In this document: one piece after another, positions 52,715 through 64,000 of the stretch
Layout: the number at the start of each line of letters is the position of its first letter
Numbering within the stretch: the first letter of the stretch is position 1
Assembly (NCBI RefSeq): GCF_001194135.2
Contig: NC_068989.1
Coordinates: 73,980,700-74,044,699, forward strand
Direction: 5' to 3'
From: Octopus bimaculoides
Taxonomy: Eukaryota
Length of the DNA stretch: 64,000 nt
The notes under the pieces: model-generated
The model's database searches: none
The model's input: the letters and a program-made list of their open reading frames with translations, nothing else
What the model was told of the DNA's origin: nothing
Made by a program: the position numbers and the translations under genes

Positions 52715-53307
52715 TATATATATGTGTGTGTGTGTGTGTAAAATCCTGATTGTTTTGACTGCATCTTCAATGTGTTGGTGCTTTTAGTGTTATCAGTGAA
52801 ATTTTGTCTTTATATCGAATACGTCTAGAACAGATATGATCTGATAGTAAATATTATTTTCCTGTTGGATTGATATGTTATAGAACAAGTTCTTCCACTG
52901 TTCTTTACAAATATATGTTTCCGATATTTGGCGAAAAAGATTTATAATAAATCAGTATTATTATATAATGTTTTCAGCTCATTTCATATTTATGAGGTAT
53001 AAATTTGATCGTAATACTTTTTCCATTCATGCTTGAGGTCAATAAAGTTACATCGGATCATTTAATTCTATATTCAAAGAGGTTTATTTCACTGGTTGAT
53101 ATTTATTTAAAGCGTTTATCAATGTTATTTTGCTAATAAGTTACTACTAAGAATTAGTTAAACTGCTTTATCTTTTAGGTTCATCTGGCGTGACCAGAAT
53201 TCATTCTAACCTGCGCGCACATTCGCACTTCCAGAAATGTATACACATATTTATGATAGTATATCTCTCTCTCTCTTTCTCTCTCCCTCTCTCTAACTGT
53301 CTCTCCT

Positions 53308-53395
<88 letters not shown>

Positions 53396-55257
53396 NNNNN
53401 NNNNNNNNNNNNNNNNNTGTATGTATGTATGTATGTATGTATGCATGTACACACACGTACACACAAACACACACACACATATATACATGCAGAAATATTT
53501 AGATATAGACATAGATTCATATTTATGAATATTAACAATACACCTACATGCACACACACAGACATATACATACATGCAGATATATTTAGATGTAGACATA
53601 GAGATTCACATTTATGTATATATAGATATAGATGCATGTATATACATAAAAATATATGTGCATGTATGTAAGTATATCTATGTATATTGATATGTATGCA
53701 TGTGAGAACGCATATATGTATGTATGAATGTATGTATGCATGTACGAATGTATATTTGTCAGTCTGTGTGTGTATGTATGTATGTTTGACTGTATGTGTA
53801 TAGGTATTTTTGTCTGTATGTATGTATATATAATACGTATAAACTGGTGTAATATTAACAATAACACCGTTGTGTAATGTTTACACACATATAGCCTGCG
53901 CACCAATAACTTGTGAAAACATTCTCTAAGCTATTGGTGCGCAAATATTAGTGATAGCACAACTAGTTTACTTTACTTCAATGTTTGGCAGAGCGTTGAT
54001 AAAGAATATTAAAAAACACTTAAAAATCATTTTAGCTCGCTAATATTATAACGTTTTATAGCATCTGCATTCAAACTGATTAAAGCTTCTCCCACACATT
54101 TATCGATGGACATATGCATATATAAGGACAGTGGAACGTTTGCTGCTGCATAAGTAATAGATATGTTTATATACATATAGATTTAGGCTGTTAGATACAT
54201 CCTCATATACTTTCGTTTCTCGATAGATGTATTTATTCATGGTCTATGTGTACCTAAACATTGATATGCGCAAGGTGGCAAAATAACTGAGTTGATTAGG
54301 TTTTAAATAAGAAGCATGATGAGTTAAAAAAAGCTGATGTATACAGAATAGTATTATTTCGTACAGGCGATGTAAATCATCTGATTGTTAAGAATATTTA
54401 CTAGAGAGTTGCAGAACAATTGTACGATTCATCATTATTTGTCAAAGGCAATCATGAAACAACCTTCACGCTATGATATTAGTCAAGCATATCAGACATG
54501 TATGAAATATAATATAGTTGGTAATCTACTCTTAAAAAAATGATTTATACTTTGCAATATATTCGTAGCAATATTTAGCCCATTAGAAGAGCTACATATG
54601 CCCATAGCCAAACAGAAAAATGTACAGATCTCTCTTTCTCCCTCCCTCTCCCTCTCTCATATATTTAAGATAATTAAGAACATGGACATATAGCATATCA
54701 TAAAATTTATTATCTGCAAAAATACAACATATTCTCTTACAACTGTTTCAATTAAGCCTAAAGATTAAAATAACAATTATTAAATCCTTATATTAGACAA
54801 AACCTCATCAGAGGGGTAGAAAAAAGACTTATCGTTAGGTTAATGGGTGTTATGTTTTCGAATCATCACAGCAGACTGAATATTATTTTATGGTTAATAT
54901 TGGGATAAACCTGGCTCNNNNNNNNNNNNNNNNNNNNNNNNNNNNNNNNNNNNNNNNNNNNNNNNNNNNNNNNNNNNNNNNNNNNNNNNNNNNNNNNNNN
55001 NNNNNNNNNNNNNNNNNNNNNNNNNNNNNNNNNNNNNNNNNNNNNNNNNNNNNNNNNNNNNNNNNNNNNNNNNNNNNNNNNNNNNNNNNNNNNNNNNNNN
55101 NNNNNNNNNNNNNNNNNNNNNNNNNNNNNNNNNNNNNNNNNNNNNNNNNNNNNNNNNNNNNNNNNNNNNNNNNNNNNNNNNNNNNNNNNNNNNNNNNNNN
55201 NNNNNNNNNNNNNNNNNNNNNNNNNNNNNNNNNNNNNNNNNNNNNNNNNNNNNNCCC

Positions 55258-55512
55258 CCCGCTCACTGATATGAGGCCCCGCTTGCCAGATCAACTGGTT
55301 ATTAAATAAGGCTCTATATAATCTTCTAGCCATCTCTTTTTAACCAAATCCAGTGACTAGCCTTCTCCACTGTAGTTCGGATATCGGCCATGATGATATT
55401 TACTTTACGATGAGTTAGGCCTAACGATAACATCAATCATCTCACACTGTGTCCAACAAACCCTGTCTCTCTCACTGCAAAGCGTTCTAATATTCAAATC
55501 TTTTCAGTCATG
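55258..55512 (-). mobile_element. HERO/NeSL-like (restriction-like endonuclease) LINE 3' end
   Basis: 'FAVRETGFVGHSVR*LMLSLGLTHRKVNIIMADIRTTVEKASHWIWLKRDG*' (cf. EVGCRGFVG...EAEKGSFWLWLRR). The 3' UTR runs into the N gap. Confidence 0.65.
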
Positions 55513-55530
55513 TTTCACGTTGATTTTGCA

Positions 55531-55561
<31 letters not shown>

Positions 55562-55897
55562 CTATAACTATATATAGATCTAAATCAATTTCTACATGTA
55601 TGTATGCATATATGTATGTGTGTGTGTGTAATGATAATATAAGAAAATCGAAACAACGTTGATGTATTTAATAATTCATATATTTACAAAAGTTGTAGAA
55701 GTATAAGAGTTTTATTAAAATTTCTCTTCCATGATATGGTTATGCTATTCTGATATCACTGAAAAGTGGGTAAAGAAATGGATAAATAAATGAAACAACC
55801 ATGTATTCCTATTGTTATATAACCACTGTATATATTACATGGATATTGCAGTTTGTGCACAAACATCATAGGATTACTAGCATATTAATTCAAATCC

Positions 55898-55977
<80 letters not shown>

Positions 55978-56387
55978 NNNNNNNNNNNNNNNNNNNNNNN
56001 NNNNNNNNNNNNNNNNNNNNNNNNNNNNNNNNNNNNNNNNNNNNNNNNNNNNNNNNNNNNNNNNNNNNNNNNNNNNNNNNNNNNNNNNNNNNNNNNNNNN
56101 NNNNNNNNNNNNNNNNNNNNNNNNNNNNNNNNNNNNNNNNNNNNNNNNNNNNNNNNNNNNNNNNNNNNNNNNNNNNNNNNNNNNNNNNNNNNNNNNNNNN
56201 NNNNNNNNNNNNNNNNNNNNNNNNNNNNNNNNNNNNNNNNNNNNNNNNNNNNNNNNNNNNNNNNNNNNNNNNNNNNNNNNNNNNNNNNNNNNNNNNNNNN
56301 NNNNNNNNNNNNNNNNNNNNNNNNNNNNNNNNNNNNNNNNNNNNNNNNNNNNNNNNNNNNNNNNNNNNNNNNNNNNNNNNNNNNNNN

Positions 56388-56440
<53 letters not shown>

Positions 56441-56823
56441 ATACATACAAAGAAAGAGTGCGGGCATGTGTGTGTGTGAGGGAGAGAGAGACAGAGAGGA
56501 AGAGAGAGAGAGAGAGACAGAGAAATGTGTAGGCACAGTGTCGTTGCTGTTAAATGTGGCTTATAGCAGAGTGAGAAATTGATATTGACTAAATGACAAG
56601 ATATTAAAAAAAAAGGTGAAAACATTATAACAGACAATGTGAGTTTTGCTGCTAATGTTTATGTTTACATGCATTAACAGATGATATGGCAGAGATAAGC
56701 ATTTTGTCACCTCGAGAACCAAACAGATGAAAAGACGTAGAGATAGATACGTAGATATATGAATGCTCGCGTTATTTCGTTCTGAGATAAAATCTGATCG
56801 AAATTAATATTTCTGAATAGAAC

Positions 56824-56856
56824 GATAGATATAGATAGACAGATAGACAGACAGAC

Positions 56857-56899
<43 letters not shown>

Positions 56900-56912
56900 T
56901 AGATAGACAGAC

Positions 56913-56963
<51 letters not shown>

Positions 56964-57219
56964 AATTGGCAGACATATTGATAGATAAACAGATCTATAA
57001 ATGGATACAGAGACACGGAGATCGATAGACAGATAGCTAGGTGTATAGATAAATAGATGGTTACCTAAACCGAAAAACAGGTAGGCAGTGACACAAGTAA
57101 ATACATAGATACACAGACAGAGAGATAGGCAAACAGCTAGATCGGTTGATAGATAGAAGCACAGATAGATAGAAAACAGGAGAGGTAGATACACTGAAAG
57201 ACAGCAAGGGAGTTAGATG

Positions 57220-57273
<54 letters not shown>

Positions 57274-57440
57274 GAGAAACAGAAAGACAGTTAGCTTGAT
57301 AAATAAATAGGCTAGCAGACAGACAGTGGGGCGGACAGACAGACAGATAATTGATAGATAGTTTGACAGATAATTTGAAAGATAGATAAACTGAGAGAGA
57401 GAGGGGGAGAGAGACAGAGGGGGAGAGAGAGACAGACACA
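56824..57440. repeat. (GATA)n/(GACA)n/(GA)n degenerate microsatellite field
   Basis: Directly visible. It explains the 'SIYL/SVCL' ORFs. Confidence 0.95.
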
Positions 57441-60430
57441 CAGATACATGTATTACGAAGCAATAATACATAGAAGCCCGTTGAGTGAAATCAATACAAA
57501 TTGGGAAATTTGATGTTTCTACCTGATTTCCTCTTTCCAAACAAATCTTTTTCACTTCATCTATTGCAATAACAGGCATGGACATTAAATGGTAGGACAT
57601 CGATTTATCTCTACCCTCCTTTCAATAGCCTATGAATCTACAACGAAAATATGTGAAACGAAACAGGTGACGATTTCTTCAACTAAGGCGTGATACATAT
57701 ATATGTGTGTGCGTGTTTGTATGTGTCCGTTTGCATGTATGTACACTCATATACACGTACATGTATGTATTTGTACACACACACACATATATGTGTATGT
57801 ATCTGTGTGCAATACATAAATACATACGCAAACACTTGTGCCTTGATAAGTATATACATACATTTTTTCTACATAAACACACAAATTGCAATATATATGT
57901 ATATATATATATATATATATTTATTTATTTATTTATTTATGTGTTTCAGCCAAGTGGCTGCGGTCATGCTGGTGCATATATATATATATATAGATAGATA
58001 GATAGATAGATAGATTAGATAGATAAAGAGATAGATAAATAGATAGATAAATAGACAGGTAGGTAGATAGATATGAATATATATATGTGTGTGTTGTGGG
58101 GGGGTTCCCTATATTCATTCATATATACATGTATATATACTCAAATTCATAATTAAACTCCCATCGTTTCCATAAACTTATATACTATTTCGTTTGTATT
58201 TTTTTACTAATATTTCGATTATTAGAAATCGGTAGTAATATTTTTTTTCTAATTTGTTCACCAATTTATAGACGTAGAGCTATTTTCAACGCATGTGTAA
58301 AAGTACAGAGAAATCTGTATCGGGAAACTTACCATGAAATTGCTTTATCCATCAAAAAAGTATAGAATTTCCCGATAATGTTACGGATGAGTGTACGGGG
58401 AAGAAAGTATATGGAACAAATTCCTTATTCTTTTAGCAGAAAAAAAATCTATTACTTTATTTTCTGTCTGTAAAAAAAATAGAATATTGAAAAATATAAA
58501 TTTTAAAAGATGAACACAATACATCTGTCATGTGAATAATGACGTGAAAACTTAAGAAGTCTACCATTTGCATGTGAAGACATATGGCTGACAGACCTTA
58601 AACGCCACTTTGTTGAAAACACTGCATGGTTCTTGAGTGACACTAATTAACAAAGTTCATTATATTGCAATAATTTGGATAGGACCTGTTGACTCAATTT
58701 AAACACATATTTCTCCTTTGCATGCATTTATTTATCATTGATATTATTAAATATCAGTCGCAAAAATTCTCAGCTATATACCACACAATTCGTATCCGTT
58801 GATTAACCTATACTAAAGAAAATGAACTTTAGTTACCTCACTAAACAAATGTAAACAAAAATGCAGTGTGCTTGTTTATTAGAAAAGGATTGACACTATT
58901 GGTTTCATTTGATTAAATACAATGCACGATTTTCCTTAGGAGAGGAAGTGTGATATTTTCCACAAAAGTGTTTGATATGAAATGGCTTCAGTTTTTCACA
59001 ACCGAAACACGTTACATTCTGGGCTCTTGAGTCGTATAACTATCGATCAACGGAATAGCAAAAGATTTCAGAAAATATACCTCCATTTCTTGTTTGGTGT
59101 AAGTTTGTTTTATTTGACTCTTGCTTTGTAATTTGGTCAAAGTTTGACTGTTTTCTCGATTTGCACACATGCGCACATACTGATACAAGATTTGTGGTAT
59201 TATTACACATTCCTGTCAATAATACTACATAGCAATTTTTTTTTGTTTTTTTGTCTTTGGTCAGCGTTATTTCCTATTTGCTTCTATCTAGAAATCAAAG
59301 GAAATGACTACTATTACCTTCAAACATTGCTTTTGCAACTTGAACATCAATGTTTTGAAACTGACCAATTTTACATTACATTTCAGAAAGAATCACCGCT
59401 GAGTTGCTGAAGCAGAAACAGCGCTATAGCAAATATAATACCATAGCTTTGCTTCACTTTAACCCCTTCAGCATGTCCCTTTGTGATTGAAAATACGTGC
59501 ATTTCTGATCATGAGTAGGAATAGTTGGGTTAGTGTCATAGCCATGTGTTGACAGAGATTCTTTCGGGTTTGAATAAATGTAACAAAAACAAGGTTTGAA
59601 GGAAATATTAGCCATTCTTCATTCTTTCTAGGTTTAAGCAAATAGGAAGTAACATTTGCTACCCAAGGACAAAAATCGTGTTACACAGTGTAATTAGAAG
59701 ATAAGTATTTCCTTTCCCATCACTTCCCCTAAATTTCTTTGAATGTGTAAGAAATATAACCCGAACATTGTGACCAGTACTTTCTATAAATTATTTCTAA
59801 ACATCTGTGAGAGCTGTGGCAGTCACAATAATTTCGTTTACTATCGTCTGTGTCCACGAGGTATGTAGTCTGCTTTTTCCATTAGGTCGGGTAACTATGT
59901 TGTAGCATTTTCCTCTATTGTATCTATTTCTTCATTTCATTTTCTGCCACCCTTGGTAGCAAGCAAAGTCTCAATTTTATATCTCTGTCACTTCTTTTGT
60001 AATGTCTCTCTGTTTCCTCTTTTATTAACCTTTTTCTATCAGTAGCACTCTTACTCTCTCTTTAATGTAAATATTACTTTGTAAGCAGTATTCAATATAT
60101 TTCACCTCACCCTCCTGCGTTTCGTTAAATATCTGTGTGCGTGTGTGTGTGTGTGTGTTTATGTATGCACACATACACATATATGACTGCATATGATAGG
60201 TTTCCATCAACATAATTCTTTTTCTTATTATCCACACCCCATCACTTTTTCTCTGTCGGTTTCTTTGTATAATGCCAGTATCTTAACACATTTTTATCCT
60301 ATATGTACATATCCGATTTTGTGATATGCAACAAGTCCTGTTCTCGTGTGTCAAAGGTGTGCGTTGTGCAAAGTCTATAAGGGATTGTCTAGCAAAAATA
60401 CTGATATGAAAGTGTGCTTTCATTGTAGGC

Positions 60431-60503
<73 letters not shown>

Positions 60504-63192
60504 TATATATATCTGACGTTCACACATGCGTACAAACAAGCACATATGAAAAATATCAAATACACATACACACAGCATATAAGGCTTTTTGTATATATGA
60601 ATATATGTGCTTACAGATGTGTGTGTATGTGTGTACATATATTTTACGCACAGAGTAGAAACATCTATATGCATACGTATATTTACTCATACACATACAC
60701 ACACACATACACACACATGCACATATATGTAGACGTATGGCTTTACACCAAGATCGCTTCCATAACTTACTTATCTACTTAGTTCTCTTATATATTTTCA
60801 TGAATATTTCGATTATTAGAAATCGGTAAGTATATTTCTTTTTTTTTCCTATTTTCGAATTTGTTTACCAGTTTATAGACGCCGTGTTGTATTCAATGCA
60901 TGACTAAAAGTACATAGAAGATTCTATCTGAAAACCTATCAGAAAATCATTTTCCCACGGGAAAACATCTCCCTCCTCCTCTCAAAACAACGCGAATAAT
61001 TTTTAAAAATGAAAATCTAAGAATTGATGTGGCGATAAAGAGGAGTCATTTATCGATTTCCATAAAGCAATATTCTCTTCACAGGACATTCTATTGTTTG
61101 CTTCATATTTGTAAATACAATAAACTATCAAATATCAAAAATAAAGAAACCAATATTTTATAATGTGATGTGATATTGACATGCTCTAAATTGCTCGGAT
61201 GTGATTAGAATGTCAACGGGAAAGAACCGCAAGACGGATTCTTCAAGTCGAACCAGGTGACAGGAGACCCTGAGACAGACCAAGAATGAAATGGTTGAAT
61301 CTCAGTTGATTTTTAGGAAACCAACCGGAATTTCTAATAACAGTTGCTTCTGATAGCACCCTATGGAGGAGGTGCCTAAAGACTCTACCCGCTTATGAAC
61401 CTCCCAGGTGATGAAGATGGATGGTATTGAAACCTAAATCGGTTGGCTGTGACCAAATGTCAGCTTTGGTTTACAGTTGAATGCAATTCATCTCTTAAGG
61501 GCAGTAGTGTCAATCCGTCACCCTGTTCAAGACCACTGTCGGATCATTGCGTAGCTCTACTTTCCAGTATGTTCTCTGTTGCAAGCATTCTGATTAGATC
61601 CGTTTGTTCACTCTCGGCTTATGTTTTTCCTGTGGACATTAACGTGCAGATTGGGCAGGGAATGCAAAACGCTCAGTAATATGGGAAGACCTGCAAACCT
61701 CATGAGTAACATCATTAATTTTCTCTGCTATTTAATTAAAAAAAACCCACTCATCCATTGAGCAACAAGTGTTTTCTTCGTCTTTCCCTCAGTTTGTCCA
61801 AAATTTTCTTTTGGTTTTTAAGCAGAATAAGCAACATATTGCAATTTAGCACTTACAATAAATGATAAATGATTTCTAAATATAAGTAACAGACAGACGA
61901 ATTAAAATTATTTTCATATTGTCTGTGTTAACCAAGTATGACGTCTGTTTTTTCTATTAGGTCAGGTGGCAGTTTGTCGTCTGAAAAATATATCTTTTTC
62001 TATATCTGTCTCATTCATTCCTGTTACTCTCAGTAGTAACATCTAACTTTTTTTCTTTTTCTCCTCCTACCCTCAGCATTTCTAGTGTCTGTCTTCCTCT
62101 ACTACCCTCTCGTTTTCTAGCATATGTCTTTTACATCTTCTTCTCCCACCCCAACATTTTAATGATCTGTCTTTATCTTTCTCTTTTCTCCCCCACTGCT
62201 TTTGTTAATGTCCATTTTGTTTTATATATCTCCTTCAGTAGCAGCTTGTCTGTCTCCCTGTCTCATCTCTCTCTATCTCTCTCTCACTCGCTCTTTCGCT
62301 TTCTACTTCTCTCGTCGGTGATATTACTTACCTGTACGTAACATTGTATATAATTTATCTTTCTTTAACACTGCATAGTTTGCATTTTCATCATAACACC
62401 TCTTTCACTTTTGTTATATCTATTTTCGATCAGCTTTTCCTCCATCCTTCTTCATTTATGCACTTTTTCTTCTCGACTCAAAACATTAATAATTTATATA
62501 TACAACAGATATGACATGCAATGATTCTATTACAATATAATATAGTGTAGTATCATAACTCAATGTGTGTTTTGTAATAGAAAAAACCCATTCATGTATG
62601 TATATTCGCGTATGTGTAATCAGAGTATGTTTACACATACACAGGCACGCAATACAAATACACAACTCGTACACGTATATTTATATACATGTATGTATAT
62701 AAACAACAGATAAATTGATAAAATTGTAATATATCTTGAATTATTAAAATAGTAAGTAAGATGGTTTTAACTTTTCCTAGATATATTTTTGTTCGGGTGG
62801 ATGTCTGAAGAATGATCTAACAATATGGTAATACATTCAATATCAAACGATTTCATTTCTTTATAAAGTATGTTTTAAAAGGTAATCCGTTCTCCCACCC
62901 AAAAGAACAATCGTTAAATAATGTCGTTCATTAATATTGAGTAAATGGTAGCCATTGTTATTTTGTGGTATAACAAAACTTAACTAGCAACAAAGAACAT
63001 CTGTCGTCTCTTAGTAACCGTACGACTCATTTCGTGCGTATGTCGTCAAAATTTCATCAGCAATTCCTATTTCGGATGTCGCTCTATTTTTTTTATAATA
63101 TATTCTGTATCTACGATCTAAACCAAACATCCCAATCACTAAGCCATGCGCCTTGACTTATATATATATATATATTAATTTTAATCCTTCGG

Positions 63193-63230
<38 letters not shown>

Positions 63231-64000
63231 NNNNNNNNNNNNNNNNNNNNNNNNNNNNNNNNNNNNNNNNNNNNNNNNNNNNNNNNNNNNNNNNNNNNNN
63301 NNNNNNNNNNNNNNNNNNNNNNNNNNNNNNNNNNNNNNNNNNNNNNNNNNNNNNNNNNNNNNNNNNNNNNNNNNNNNNNNNNNNNNNNNNNNNNNNNNNN
63401 NNNNNNNNNNNNNNNNNNNNNNNNNNNNNNNNNNNNNNNNNNNNNNNNNNNNNNNNNNNNNNNNNNNNNNNNNNNNNNNNNNNNNNNNNNNNNNNNNNNN
63501 NNNNNNNNNNNNNNNNNNNNNNNNNNNNNNNNNNNNNNNNNNNNNNNNNNNNNNNNNNNNNNNNNNNNNNNNNNNNNNNNNNNNNNNNNNNNNNNNNNNN
63601 NNNNNNNNNNNNNNNNNNNNNNNNNNNNNNNNNNNNNNNNNNNNNNNNNNNNNNNNNNNNNNNNNNNNNNNNNNNNNNNNNNNNNNNNNNNNNNNNNNNN
63701 NNNNNNNNNNNNNNNNNNNNNTATATACATGTATATATAAATATACATGCATACGTACATATTTATACATATGTATATGTGTGTGTGTGTGTGCGTGTAG
63801 ACGGATAGATAGATAGATATAGAGATAGATAGATAGATAGATAGATTGACAGATAGAGAAAGGTTAACCTGCATATGAGAATAGTATCTGAGCGCCCTAA
63901 AAGCAGTGTGTTTAAGTAATATAAATTGGAAAGAGATTTCTATTCTTTCGTTAGTTCCTACAAGTTCATCGCAGCAATAAAATGTGCATGCATATATGTG

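Noticed and set aside
61150-61700. GC-richer unique block, possible exon or retroelement
   Set aside because: No frame gave a recognisable motif or paired splice sites; left unassigned.

Overview
Eukaryotic draft-assembly DNA: AT-rich, with many N gaps bounded by microsatellites. The repeat content (tRNA-derived SINE families of the octopus OK/OR type, RTE, CR1 and HERO LINE remnants, maT/mariner, hAT-Charlie, Helitron, and dense (CA)n/(TA)n/(GATA)n/(AAT)n arrays) strongly suggests an octopod cephalopod scaffold; this is an inference, not a database result. No intact host gene, rRNA, tRNA or CRISPR array is supported. Nearly all ORFs in the supplied track are microsatellite or N-gap artefacts, and the real coding signal is decayed transposon sequence. 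Notable unexplained structures: (1) a ~1.5 kb foldback with two ~676-bp inverted arms (38417-39905) lying between the N-terminal and helicase parts of a decayed Helitron; (2) a young near-perfect palindromic element (44960-45446); (3) a 5'-inverted, twin-priming-like RTE copy with a snap-back hairpin (10437-11430); (4) an inverted duplication around a Penelope-like end carrying a hammerhead-like motif; (5) an ancient ~300-bp tandem duplication with conserved POU-type motifs; (6) a pre-miRNA-like hairpin; and (7) a few short candidate exons that may mean the window is intronic to a large + strand gene. All alignments and identities were done by eye.
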